Positions 25,956 to 38,940 of a DNA stretch of 64,000 nt are shown piece by piece. Made by a program: the position numbers and the translations under genes. The notes under the pieces were generated by a model. It had not been told where the DNA came from. It made no database searches and saw only the letters and a program-made list of their open reading frames with translations. Within the stretch, counting starts at the first letter, position 1; each line of letters opens with the position of its first letter. The DNA is from Octopus sinensis (taxonomy: Eukaryota): positions 11,594,001-11,658,000 of the forward strand of contig NC_043000.1 of NCBI RefSeq assembly GCF_006345805.1. Reading direction: 5' to 3'.

Positions 25956-26371
25956 TAAGGTGGCGAGCTGGCAGAAACGTTAGCACGCCAGGCAAAATGC
26001 GTAGCCGTATTTCGTCTGCCGCTATGTTCTGTGTTCAAATTCTGTCGAGGTCGACTTTGCCTTTCATCCTTTCGGGGTCGATTAAATAAGTACCAGTTAT
26101 GCACTGGGGTCAATATAATTGACTTAATCCGTTTGTCTGTCCTTGTTTGTCCCCTCTGTGTGTAGCCCCTTGTGGGCAGCAAAGAAATAGGTATTTCGTC
26201 TGCCGCTATGTTCTGAGTTCAAATTCGCCGAGGTGACTTTGCCTTTCATCCTTTCGGGGTCGATTAAATAAGTACCAGTTACGCACTGGGGTCGATATAA
26301 TCGACTTAATCCGTTTGTCTGACCTTGTTTGTCCCCTCTGTGTTTAGCCCCTTGTGGGTAGTAAAGAAATA
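25956..26371 (+). mobile_element. SINE family B, head plus 2 units, TSD AGATGACTT
   Basis: Unit starts at 26007 and 26191. TSD at 25947-25955 and 26372-26380. Confidence 0.9.
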
Positions 26372-27653
26372 AGATGACTTGCCCCAGACAAGCTATACAG
26401 AGATGAAGTCCCTCTTGGTGTCCCAAACACTCAAGTCATGGAAATCAGTGTGAAATATTTATCTTGAACATCCATGCTATTTTCATCATCTCCTTTGTTA
26501 TACATCATCATCATCATCATCGTTTAGCGTCCGTTTTCCGCGCTAGCACGGGTTGGACGGTTTGACCAGGGTCTGGAAAGCCAGGGGCTGCACCAGGCTC
26601 CAGTCTGATCTGGCAGTGTTTCTACAGCCGGATACCCTTCTTAACGCCAAACACTCCGCGAGTGTAGTGGGTGCTTTTTACGTGCCACCTGCACAGGTGC
26701 CAGGGGAGTCTGGCATCGGCCACGATCGGTTGGTGCATTTAACGTGCCACCGACACAGAAGCCAGCCAAGGCGGCGCTGGCATCGGCCACGTTCGGATGG
26801 TGCTTTTTATGTGTCACCGGCACAGAAGCCAGTCGAGGTCATCTAATGCATTTTATGTTCAGCTGCTTCATCAACTCACTTATGCACATCATTGTCATTA
26901 CCACTGCAAGCACTGCCACAGTGCCACCATCGTGCCACTGCCACCACTACTGTTGCACCACTACCACCACTGCCACTGCCAGAAACACCACCACCACCAC
27001 CACCATCATAACATTCCTTTTCCATGCTTGCATGAGTTGAAGAAAATTTGTTGAGGTAGATTTTTTAATGACCAGATGCACTTCCTGATTCCAACCCTCA
27101 CCTGGTATCCCTAATTCCAACCCTTACCTGTATCCAAATTAGGTAATATTTCTCCATGACCAGGCATGTTTTTATGGATGATTGGAAATGAAGGACACCT
27201 CTTGCATGATGATAACGTTTGTGACTATCATGCAAATTATGGCAAGGAAACAGTAATACACACACACATACACATACAACAGGTTTCATTCAGTTTTTGT
27301 CCACCAAATCCACTCCTGACTGTCATAGTACAGGACACTGGCCCAAGGTGCCTTGTAGTAGGACTAAACCTAAAATCGTGTGGTTGGGAAGCAAACTCAC
27401 CACATAGCCATGTCAGCAAACAGTTTCTTATAATCATAGTCTATCTAAAGTACTATAATCTATTCGTTTCTCTCTGACCATATATTTTCTACATTTACTA
27501 CCTTCATTATGCACTGCTGGTCAATGTCTCACTCTTCACACATGCTTCATGGAGTGTACCTTAGATAGAACAAGAAGAGAAGTCTATGTTGTTGTTTGGT
27601 TCCAGGTCAATATCTCCACCTCAGTTCCTAAAATGGTAAGGTGAAATTCAAGT

Positions 27654-28255
27654 TAGGCAGCAAGATGGCAGAATCATTAGCACACTGGGTGAAATGCTTA
27701 GCAGTATTTCATCTGCCATTACGTTCTGAGTTCAAATTCCGCCGAGGTTGACTTTGCCTTTCATCCTTTCAGGGTCGATAAATTAAGTACCAGTTACGCA
27801 CTGGGGTCGATGTAATCGACTTAATACCTATGTCTGTCCTTGTTTGTCCCCTCTGTGTTTAGCCCCTTGTGGGTAATAAAGAAATAGGTATTTCATCTGC
27901 CATTACATTCTGAGTTCAAATTCCGCCGAGGTTGACTTTGCCTTTCATCCTTTCAGGGTCGATAAATTAAGTACCAGTTACGCATTGGGGTCAATGTAAT
28001 CGACTTAATCTGTTTGTCTGTCCTTGTTTGTCCCCTCTGTGTTTAGCCCCTTGTGGGTAATAAAGAAATAGGTATTTCATCTGCCATTACATTCTGAGTT
28101 CAAATTCCGCCGAGGTTGACTTTGCCTTTCATCCTTTCAGGGTCGATAAATTAAGTACCAGTTACGCATTGGGGTCGATGTAATCGACTTAATCCGTTTG
28201 TCTGTCCTTGTTTGTCCCCTCTGTGTTTAGCCCCTTGTGGGTAGTAAAGAAATAG
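27654..28255 (+). mobile_element. SINE family B, head plus 3 units, TSD GGTGAAATTCAAGT
   Basis: Unit starts at 27704, 27888 and 28072. TSD at 27640-27653 and 28260-28273. Confidence 0.9.
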
Positions 28256-28721
28256 GTAGGGTGAAATTCAAGTGAGAATTTTTCTCCATGGCAAACTGCA
28301 GTAAAACTGGCCTTTTTACAGGTCAAATATCTCCCAAATATATTTGAACTAATCTGAAAGTGTGTTCAAACAATCCTTCACATGCAAACCAAGTACAATC
28401 TGTATAATAATCTGCTTGTTTGTTTACCTATTACACATTAGAGAGGTGGAGGTGGAGTGAGTGAGAGGTGGAGTTAGAGTGAAAGAAAGAGAGAGGGAGG
28501 AATGAAGAAAGAAGAGAGGAAGAGACAGAGAAAGGATATTAATACACTTAGGCCAAATGGTCACATGGTCAGCTGAAGGTAGAGGCAAAGAACAAGAGAA
28601 AAAAAGGGAGAGAGGAGTATTAACAATGTGCAGTGGGGTGGGAAAGGAATACTTATTATGTGGTAAAAAGTTAGCTGAAGGGAAAAATAGATAGAGGGAG
28701 ATGGACAGGGAAGGCAGTTAT

Positions 28722-28770
<49 letters not shown>

Positions 28771-29494
28771 CAGATGGTGGTGGTGGTGGTGGTGGTGGAG
28801 TGTTCATACTGGAAAGTATTTTTTGTTACTGAACTAATTTTTTACAGCAACCATCATCTATGCATAAGTGCAATTATTTTATTGTCTGCTCGCTTAAAAA
28901 AATTGATATTTGTTTATAAAGGTTAATTTAGTCTAAATTCTGGATTCACAAGAAATATGGTTGCAAGCTGTCCAAGAAAGGATGCACAGATACAGAGCAT
29001 GGATCAGAGAGGAACAGTGAGAAGATATAATAAAAAGAGGGAAAAAAACAAAACTGACGGAGACATGAGGAAATGAATATAACCAAACGTCAAGAATATT
29101 TTTAAAAAAAGCTAAATTATGAATGCTATAAAAAATGTAAATCATTCTTTCTTTGCATAAGTGCAATTATTTGTCATCTGATCACTTAAAAAATTGATAT
29201 TTGTTTATAGAAAGTCATCAGGTCATCAGTGCCTAATAAATAGACTTGCTAAATAAACATTAGCACAACCTTTCTTTCTTTCACACAACTGCAATGTTCT
29301 TGAACCTTCTTAAACTACGATATTGCAACATTGCAAAAATGGACATTAAATCCTATAATTACATCAGCCTCGAGTTCTCAGACTATGAGGTCAATCTAAA
29401 AAGGTTGTAGTCCCCTTTCATTCAACAGCAGCACAAATAATAGAAGAAATACCAAAAAAAAAGAAAAGAAAAGTTAGGCATGAACACACAGATA

Positions 29495-29886
29495 AAAAAA
29501 ACAGAACCATCTATGTATGGCTTTAGAAGCTGACTTTGCAACCATGTGGTTTTGGGTTCAATTCCAAAGAGTGACACTTTGAGCAAGTGTTTTCTCTTAT
29601 TTCCTTTGGCTGACTCATGTCTTGTGAGTGAATCTGGAAGATGGAAACTGTGAGGAAGCCTGTTATGTGTGTCTTTGTGTTGTTTGTTCTCATGTCTCCA
29701 TGGCAATTAGTGTTGGTTTAATTACGTTCCAATAACTTAGCAGTTTCGCAAAAGAGACTCATAGGATAAGTAGCAAACTTAAAACTTTTAACTACTAGGG
29801 GGTGATCTATTCAACTAAACTGTTCAAAGTGGTGCCCCAGCATGGCTACAGTCCAATAACTAAAACTAACAAAAGATAAAAAGATA
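29495..29886 (+). mobile_element. SINE family A, diverged
   Basis: Same head and body order; ends about 30 bp from the exon 10 donor. Confidence 0.75.
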
Positions 29887-29917
29887 TGCTTTGAGCTGAG
29901 AGGGGTGTATAACTTAC

Positions 29918-29975
29918 CGGCGAGTATAGCTTCTACCAGAGGCTGGAATGACCACTGCACCACCAGGAAAAACAG
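29918..29975 (-). CDS. ABCG exon 10 (LFFLVVQWSFQPLVEAILA-V)
   Basis: TM2 (GL|LFF...W.F.P). TTTACTTCTAG| acceptor, G|GTAAGT donor. Confidence 0.93.
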
Positions 29976-30003
29976 CTAGAAGTAAAGAAATAATTTATAT
30001 TGA

Positions 30004-30809
30004 TACAGTAATCACTTGTCATCTATTGCATCCTCAGTACATTGTATATTTTTATGGGATCTTTTCGGTTTGAATGGCAGTTTTTTCTAGCGGTGTCATA
30101 TGAAATTGTCACCCATAATTAGTATTGATCTATTGCATTTCAATCTCTTTTAGGGTTAGGGGTGGGGGGAGGGTATCTTTTTTCTTCACAAATGTAAATA
30201 AACCCAATCTGTTTCTTAAACGAGGGGCATATTCATACGGCACAGAATGTTTTTTACCTCAATAGACGTCACTGATTGGTTGAAATTGCAGAAACTGAAG
30301 AAAAAAAACAACAAATATCTTACAAACTATAGAATTTTCTCAATAAAGCCAAGAGAAAAAGATGTTTTATAAACAAATTCTACCAGTATACGAAGTTTAA
30401 AATTTTTTAGTTACCTAGAAATTATGTTAAAAACTGCAGTTCAAACCGAAAAGATCCTTTTTCTGGCTAGTATATGTAAATTTATATCAAGTATATTCCA
30501 ACGGTCAATAGGTATTTATATTCTTTTAATTATTTCTGTGGTGAAATAAAGAAAATATGTAATGTACTGTAAGATGAGTAAACAAAGAAGCGCCCATACT
30601 GTATGGAAAATGAAACTTGGGAGGCAAGTGTGTGGTGTTGTTTTGCATTTGTGTGTAAAATTATGAATTTATTTCAAGCCCTGTAGTGTCGCCCAAATGT
30701 TCTGCACCTTCTAAATATATACAGTACAGTACTGTTTCTACTTTGTGGATTATCACCTATTACAGGGGGTTCGGAACATAAGACCCATGATAGTTGAGGG
30801 ATTACTGTA
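30004..30809. mobile_element. Tigger/pogo-like remnant hosting the MITE at 30054
   Basis: TA-CAGTAATC...GATTACTG-TA ends with degraded TIR interior. Confidence 0.5.
30054..30457. mobile_element. TIR MITE of unassigned superfamily, nested in a Tigger/pogo-like element
   Basis: TIRs GGATCTTTTCGGTTTGAA..GCAGTTTT. Opposite-orientation copy at 52337-52759. Confidence 0.75.
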
Positions 30810-30912
30810 TATTAAATTTTGGCACGGGCCAGCAATTCTGCGGGAGGAGGCAAGTCAATTACACTGACCCCAGTATTTAACTGGTACTTATTTTATCAAC
30901 CTCTGAAAGAAT

Positions 30913-33900
30913 TGTAGCAGAGTTACATATTACATAGTTATATGTGAGTCGGCTTGAACAGCAGATGAATATATCGATGAGGTGTCTAATCTCACTTTGA
31001 TACAGTAGCCTTGTTCTGAGTCACTAACCTTGTTGTAAACTACAATGTAGAAAAGACCTCAGTTCCTACCAGGCTTTGGTCAAAGACACATGCCTTCTCT
31101 GCAGCTCCACACGCAATCTCCCATGTGCGACTCACATGTCTATTCACCTTGACACAAGATACATGGTTCTTAAACAAAGATATTTTATCACACACACACA
31201 TTCTCAAAATGACTTCTCATTACACACATGCATACATACTGTAATACAAATATTATATGTTACTTCTTTCAGTGCAAAAGCAAAAATCAAAACTTTCTTT
31301 GTATGTAAACACACATGTTTTTGTATCATAATACATGCTTCCACCACAAAAGGTGAACACAGAATAAATAATAGATTTATACACAAAAATGTCATATGGT
31401 GATTCACACTAACTGCATTTCCATTTAATAACATACACTTGAACAGCTAACGACAGCTGCTATAAAATGGTGACCTTGATATAAAAAAAATATATACGTA
31501 TATAGTGGTTAGTTGGCTACCTTATTCAAAGAAAAATACATGTTACTAAATCATTTACAAACACACTGCACTTACACCAACACATTTTCATATATGAACA
31601 ATTTGTTGCTAGGATGTTGGCACCCAAAAAATAATTCACTTTTGTTCTTAATGTTTCTTTTGGAAATAGCCAAATGTTCTTTTTATCTCTTGCCCATGTG
31701 AATTGATACACCATGCAGCTCATCGCAATTTTTTCTTTCTTCACAAACTTTGACGCTATTTCTCGAGTTACACATGCGTGTTAATTTTAAATGCCCCACG
31801 TGGACACAAGACAGCTGCCTGAGCTATCTGTTACATCTAACAGCACAGTCACATGCCATTTTACAAACTTTTCCCCAGTAAGTGTGGTTTGTACAGATCA
31901 AATCAACATTTGCCGCGAACAATATTGCCTCCAAAGCCCAACAGCTCCATATATTACTTCGCATAATACCACTGTCCCTGACAGCCACTGTGAGGGACCT
32001 GATAACTAAACCTCCACATGATACCATGTATAGGAGATTCTTCAACACATGTCCTTGTCAGAAGAAAGAAATTTTCAATCCCTCATCAATGAGGAGAGCA
32101 CTTGAGCAACCATAAACTTTCACAACTTCTGTGCTGCATGAAGGAATTGGCCCCAAATGCACTTGCTGATAGTGCTTTATTGAAACAACTATTTTTTTTC
32201 CCAGTTGCCCTCTAACATCCAACCCATCCTTGCCTCCATTGTGGAGATGACTCCTGTCAAGCAAAGAGCCCCCAACGCTGACAGAATCATAGAGTATACC
32301 AGCAACACCACCAAGCTGACCCCAGTACCACCGGATACCTCTGCACACCCACCAGTAGCGTCAGTTACCCCTGATAATGACCTTGCCGTGGCTGCTATCC
32401 TAAAGGTGATAACTGAATTAACGAGAGAAGTGCAGTTCCTTCACACTTCCAGGTGATGTTCACCCAGATAGAATTCTTTCGATTGCTTCTTTTCTTCTCG
32501 CCATCGCTCATCCCCTGCTCATTCATCCATAAGCTGGTGCCATGCCAAGTTTGGAGTTTCAGCATGTAAATGTACCCAACCCTGTACTTTTTCTCAACAG
32601 AAAAACAACCAACCAGAGAACTAAGCATAGCACATTCTCTGCAGCAGCCAATGGCCAACCATGCATTTTTCATAACAGACCAGATATCCCACTCCCGCTG
32701 CCTTGTAGATACAGGTGCTGCCTGCAGTATCTTGCAGTTAAAACTCCTCGCAGATAAACTGCTGTTATCACCAGTGACTCTACAGGCAGTGAACCATTCA
32801 CCAATTCCAACTTTCAGCCAAGACATTGATTCTTGGACCCATGTGTTTCTATGAAATGGCACTATGAAAACCCCTATCACACCTCCATATACAGGACCCT
32901 ATCGCATCCTGTTGCACAAAGGCAAACTATATACCACAGGCATTGATGGTAAAAAGGAAACTGTCTCAATAGACATGCTTAAGCGGGCATACACAGAGAG
33001 TGATACAACACCACCTCATGCACCTCCCTCATTCACAGTACGATATAAAACAAATGCTACTCCACTGCAACCACCACCACCAACATCACACACACCAACC
33101 CCTCTTCCATCTACATACATCACTATGGCTCATAGTGGTTGCCGTGTACATTGGCCCACCAAGCTGTCTAAAACTATACACATCTGAACTATAATGAACT
33201 ATTTGTGAACTTACCAAAGACTTTTCATCACATATCACCAACAACACAGTTTTGTTCTTCACAATATTCCTTTGAACTTTACCTAACCAACTAGAACATT
33301 TTGCTTATTTCTTTGTGTTCATATTCTGTTTACCCTTACCATGCTTTGCCTTTTCATTTCAGCTTCTCATTTTTTGCTGTATTGCATCTTTCTGATTGTA
33401 TTCCATGTTCTTACCTGCTTTTTGCACTTCATATTTACATACGCCGTCTCTACATTTTTATGACTTTTTCAAGTCTAGCAGGAGGCTATGTAGCAGAGCT
33501 ACATATTACATAGTAATAAAATGTGAGTCGAGCTGCACAGCAGTCAAATATATCGATGAGATGTCTAACTTCACTTTGATACAGTAGCCTCGTTCTGAGA
33601 CACTAGCCTCATTCTGAGTAACACTGTAAAAACGGCCCCAGTTCCTGCCAGGCTTTGGTCAAAGACACATATCTTTTCTGCAGCTCCACGTGCAATCTCC
33701 CTCATGCAACTCACATGTCTATTCACCTCGACACAATACATATGGTTTGTAAAGGAAGATATTTTATCAAACACACATTCTCAAACTAACTGTTCTCATT
33801 ACACACATGCATACATACTGTAATACAAATATTATATGTTACTTTTTTCAGTGCAAAAGCAAAAATCAAAACTTTCTTTGTATGTAAACACGCATGTTTT

Positions 33901-34043
33901 TGTATCATACTACATGCTTCCACCACAAAAGGTGAACACAGAATAAACAATATATTCGTACATAAAAATGTCTTATGGTGATTCATATTAACTGCTTTTC
34001 CATTTAATAACACACAATTGAACAGCCAACGACAGCTGCTATA
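30913..34043 (+). mobile_element. Ty3/gypsy LTR retrotransposon, internally deleted and decayed
   Basis: LTRs 30913-31464 and 33489-34043 (TGTAGCAG...CTGCTATA); 4-bp TSD GAAT; PBS-like TGGTGACC at 31468; purine-rich tract before the 3' LTR. Broken gag (WFVQIKSTF...VRDLITKPP; LLKQLFFSQLPSNIQPILAS; WCHAKFG..CKCTQPC knuckle), protease LVDTGA and integrase C-terminus (PPYTGPYRIL...VSIDMLKRAY). RT, RNase H and integrase core are absent. Confidence 0.93.
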
Positions 34044-34568
34044 GAATGAAAGGCAAAATTGAACTGAGCAGAATTTGAACTCAGAACACAAAGTCAGACG
34101 AAATGCTGCTAAGCATTTTATCTGGTGTGCTAACGATTCTGCCAGCTTGCTGCCTTACTTGATATTACAGGGAATTTCATACATACATATACAAGTGGAA
34201 TAAGATTTGAAAGCTATATATATAAGAAAAGACAAACAGACAGAGACAGATAAGTAGATAGATAGACAAACAGATAGACAGATAGGCCTATGGATAGGTA
34301 GACAAAGGTAAGGTAAAGTATATGACTAGAGAGACATGTAGACTGAGGGAAGGTAATATATATATATAAACAGACAGATCAGTATTTAAAATGGTTAGCT
34401 TGATAGACAACAAAGACAGCTAACTATAAAGATAGATAGATACTGCGCAACTACTACCAAAACATTTATTATCAACATCTCTTATGTTTAAAAAATAAAT
34501 GAAGAATGCAATTGCTGGAAACGATTACAAAAAAAAAAAAAGGTGTCAGTTCTGACCCCATTTCATAC

Positions 34569-34810
34569 CAATCCTTTAACATCTCTGATTCTGTCTTCTG
34601 TCCTTTCAGTTTGAAAATATAATAGACCAATAGCTATCCCTAAAGAAATTGTCCGAAATATTTCAAATTTTGAAACAATTCTGGTTTTTGATTGTTTGAA
34701 ATTTCTCCATGCTAGCCAGCGGAACTGTGTCCAAAATGACGTTGGCCATTTTTCTGTGTCTTCTTCCTGTGTTGAAATTAAAAGCGTTACTTCTCCATTA
34801 GGGCTGGGAC
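34569..34810 (-). CDS. ABCG exon 9 (PSPNGE...WPTSFWTQF...RIRDVKGL), TM1
   Basis: Conserved start of the ABCG TMD. CTATTTTAG| acceptor, TTG|GTATGA donor. Confidence 0.96.
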
Positions 34811-35582
34811 CTAAAATAGACCACATAAAAATAAGAGGTGAGAATTGTTATTATAACATGCGTCTATGTGTTTTTAATATAGATCTGTATTAAAATCATG
34901 GCAAAACAGATAGTATCATCATCATCATCATCATCGTCGTTTAACGTCCGTTCTCCATGCTAGCATGGGTTGGACGGTTCGACCGGGGATCTGGGAAGCC
35001 AGAAGGCTGCACCAGGCTCCAGTCTTATCTGGCAGTGTTTCTACAGCTGGATGCCCTTCCTAACGCCAACCACTCCGTGAGTGTAGTGGGTGCTTTTTAC
35101 GTGCCACCTGCACAGGTGCCAGGCGAGGCTGGCAACGGCCACGGTCGGATTGGTGTATTTTATGTGCCACCGGCACGGAAGCCAGACGAGGCGGTGCTGG
35201 CATATTCACTCAAGCAAAAACTAGGTTACTTTGTCTAGAACTTCACAAACTAAAATCAATTTTATGACTAATACATAAAAATTGTGTGGAAGAGATTTCA
35301 TTATTATAACAACCAGTTGCTATTATAAATGTCAAGTCATGCAAATACATATTGCAGGTGGATGTAACTTTCTTGAATAAATTTTGTTACTTTTCAAAGA
35401 AATGAAAACTATAGCAGAAATAGTTGTATGTTTGGTCTTCTGAGCTTGCAGACTGGTTACAAACATGTCTGAGAAATAAAAAGAGGCTACTGCAGTACAA
35501 TGAAGTGTAAGAGTCGGGGAGAAGAGGGAGATGTGTTTAACAAAGATAATTGAGAAATAGTGATTAGGAAGGGGTGATTGAA

Positions 35583-36196
35583 AATATGCTGTGCTTGAGA
35601 AGACCCGGCAAGTCAAGTGAGACCATAACCTTGTGGCCTATATGCCAGGGGTGTAACCAGCCCACTTATGCCTACCTTTCCTTCGTTGGACACTAAACTC
35701 TGCTTGCGAAGACCTGTTGAGGCAAGTGAAATCGAAACCAAATTCAATGACAGGCATCTGTGCTAGTGGAGCACTAACAGCTCCATCCAAGCGGGATCAC
35801 TGCCAGAGCAGCTAACTGGCTTCCATGCCGGTGGCATGTAAAAAGCACCATTTGAGCGTGGTCGTTACCAGCGTCGCCTTATTGGCACGTGAAAAAACAT
35901 GCAAGTGAGGTCATTGCCTGTGCCACTGGACCGGCTCCTGTGCAAGTGGTACATAAAAAAGAACACCATTTGAGCATCGCCATTGCCAGTACCACCTAAC
36001 TGGCTCTCGTGCCAGTGGCATGTAAAAGCACCCACTACACTCTCGGAGTGGTTGGCGTTAAGAAGGGCATCCAGCTGTAGAAACTCTGCCAGATCAGATT
36101 GGAGCCTGGTGCAGCCATCTGGTTCGCCAGTCCTCAGTCAAATCGTCCAACCCATGCTAGCATGGAAAGCGGACGTTAAATGATGATGATGATGAT
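35583..36196 (+). mobile_element. 3' end of a LINE (RTE-like), longest copy of the (GAT)n-tailed family
   Basis: Begins with an ORF2-terminus-like KYAVLEKT, then a 3' UTR with ~60-bp subrepeats, the GGCGTTAGGAAGGGCATCCAGCTGTAGAAA block and a (GAT)n tail. Clade is inferred. Confidence 0.7.
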
Positions 36197-36741
36197 TACT
36201 AATATTTTTGTTTAAATTCACTGCTTTTGTTTCAAATGATTTTGAAAATAACAAAGAATTTAATAAGAACCAGGGACAGTCTTAGACAAGTTGGTATCAA
36301 AGAGATTAAAAGAGAAAGCTGTGGAAAAGTAAGGAAGCATACAAAAAGAGTGGGTGAAAGTGTGTGAGCTAGTGGCTACGGTGTTGCACGCATGGTCATG
36401 AGATTGTGGTTTCAATTCCTGGACCAGGCAATGCATTGTGTTCTTGAGCAAAACACTTCATTTCACATTGCTGCAGTCCACTCAGCTGTAAATGAATTCC
36501 AATAATAGCTGGGAAGTTAACCTTGAGATGGACCAGCATCCATTTCAGAGAGAGAGAAGTTATAATCTCAGTCATATGCTATGAGAACTGGGTTAAACCC
36601 TACCCTTATGAGTTTTAGGGTCCATGAAAAAGTGGAGATAAAAAGGTCAAGAAAAGAGAAAAAAAAACAAAAAAACAATTTAATGCTTTTTTATTTTGTC
36701 TGTTTGATATGATTTGAACTCATGATAGAAACAGATGATAG

Positions 36742-37190
36742 GCACAGGTGTGGCTGTGTAGTAACTAGCTTGCTTTCCAACCACATGGTTCAGGGTTCAA
36801 TCCCACTGTGTGGAATCTTGGGCAAGTGTCTTCTACTATAGCCTTGGGCTGTCCAAGGCCTTTTGAGTGGATTTGTTAGACAGAAACTGACTAAAGCCCT
36901 CTGTAAAGGTATGTATGTATGCACACAGACACACACACATATTGTTATATTTCGGGATGGTAATTTGGTGGGGGGTGTAAACACATTTTTTTATGGGGAT
37001 GTAAACACTTGACAACTGGTGTTGGTGTGTTTACATCCCCATAACTTAGAGGTTAAGCAAAAGAGACTGACAGAATAAGTACTAGGCTTAAAAAATAAGT
37101 CCTGGGGGTTGATTTGTTCGACTAAAACCTTTTAAAGTGGTGCTCCAGCATGACTACAGATTGAAACAAGTAAAAGAATAAAAGAAGAAT
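36742..37190 (+). mobile_element. SINE family A
   Basis: Head, microsatellite and tail are all present. Confidence 0.85.
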
Positions 37191-37794
37191 AAAGCCACTC
37201 CTTTGAAGATGAGGGGAAAGGCTACCTCAACTGAAATCAAACCCGAGTATTTGGCTGGTGTTTCATTTCATTGCTGGAATGATGGACAGTAAGTGAACAA
37301 AGTTATTAAGGTAAAGTTGACCCTGGCAGGATCTGAACCCAGAGCATAAAAAGATATAACTTGCCAGCGCCGCCCCGACTGGCCTCGTGCCGGTGGCACG
37401 TAAAAAGCACCATCCGTTCATGTCCGTTGCCAGCCTTGCCTGGCTCCCGTGCCGGTGGCACATAAAAAGCACCATCCGTTTGTGGCCGATTGCCAGCTCT
37501 GTCTGGCACCTGTGCGGGTGGCACGTAAAAAGCACTCACTACACTCACGGAGTGGTTGGCGTTAGGGAGGGCATCCAGCTGTAGAAACACTGCCAGATCT
37601 GACTAGGCCTGATGAAGCCTTCTGGCTTCCCAGACCCCAGTTGAACCGTCCAACCCGTGCTAGCATGGAAAGCGGACGCTAAACGATGATGATGATGATG
37701 AAATACTGCTCAGAATTTCGTCACATGCTATACCAATTCTGATAATTTACAGCTGCACTTTATTCTGTTAGCATAATGACTTAATTAAGCTTAC

Positions 37795-37841
37795 CTTCGT
37801 CATTCTCTGTGGCAATGCTATCTGAGTATAATGAGGTCTGG
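37795..37841 (-). CDS. ABCG exon 8, linker (QTSLYSDSIATENDE-G)
   Basis: TTTCTCTTTCCAG| acceptor, AG|GTAAGC donor. Phase 2 in and 1 out is exactly what is needed to bridge exons 7 and 9. Confidence 0.85.
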
Positions 37842-38564
37842 CTGGAAAGAGAAAGATAATCATTGACACAATACTCTCACTGGCCACAAATATAATTCAA
37901 GGAGTTGGCAATAAAAACAAAAGTGAGATGGAATTAAAAGTTGATTAATGAAGAATTAGAGAAAAAAAAGGAAACATCATTAAATATTTAAATGTCTGAC
38001 ATGAGATATTGAGAATACAATTATGATTTTTTTGTATTATTAGTCTCATCTTTAAAAATAAAAACAGTTTTAATATCGCTGTTATATCTCAGGGTGGGGA
38101 TTGTTTTCACCACAACTTTCTCTCACTCTTTCTTCCTACTTCTGCCACATAGCAGAGGTACCATGGTGTAACCCACTATGGTGTCTCTGTACCCCAGGAT
38201 GGTTCAGCTCTCCACCCATTGAAAGCCACCCTTTACGGAATGAGGATAACAACGTAGTTTTTGCGCCCGTGCAACCGCTAGTCTATTGCTTGTGGTGGGT
38301 GGATCTTCAAGATGCCACATGCATTCTTAGTAGCTTAGAGTAGGCTCAAATTAGAGATTATTCTTTGTGGCTAATGGTGTGAGTCCTGACTGGAAGAAGA
38401 AGAAAGAGGAGGAGGAGGAGACGACAACAACAACAACCTTATAAGTGTGAGAGGAATTTGGAAAGCAACAGACACTGCTCTTCTTCTTTAGATTAGAGAG
38501 AAAGCAAAAATAATAAAATGTTATGTAATTCTTTAAAATTTTGGTTCAAAACCAGAAATTTTAG

Positions 38565-38940
38565 AGGGAGTGGTTAGTCAATTATGTTGACTCCAGTACT
38601 TGACTGGTACTTTATTTATTGACCCCAAAAAGATGAAAAGCAAAGATGACCTCAGAGTATGACATAACAGGCCAGAATGAATGGCTACCAAGCATTTTGT
38701 CTGATACACTAATGATTCTTATTTCTTTATTGCCCACAAGGGGCTAAACATAGAGGGGACAAACAAGGACAGACAAAGGGATTAAGTCGATTACATCGAC
38801 CCTAGTATGTAATTGGTACTTAATTTATCGATGAAAAGCAAAGTTAACCTTGGTGGAATTTGAACACAGAACGTAACAACAGACGAAATACCGCTAAGCA
38901 GTTCGCCTGGTGTGCTAACGATTCTGCCAGCTCACCACTT
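38565..38940 (-). mobile_element. SINE family B, two adjacent copies
   Basis: Reverse-complement match to the family. Many shorter copies elsewhere (9465, 10615, 10870, 20945, 21185, 39495, 40120, 40545, 47895). Confidence 0.8.

Noticed and set aside
25956-26025. Possible HDV-like ribozyme in the family B SINE head (GGCGAAATG, nested stems)
   Set aside because: The stems can be drawn, but the hairpin runs directly into the closing strand with no J4/2 catalytic-C linker. It is better explained as a tRNA-derived head with an extended arm.
27704-28255. Regularly spaced repeats resembling a CRISPR array (also the 40-bp array at 42 kb and the LINE subrepeats)
   Set aside because: Units are contiguous tandem copies with no unique spacers, there are no cas genes, and the context is eukaryotic.
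31882-33187. Gag, protease and integrase ORF fragments as a domesticated gene
   Set aside because: Multiple stops and frameshifts, flanked by LTRs with a TSD; a decayed retrotransposon.
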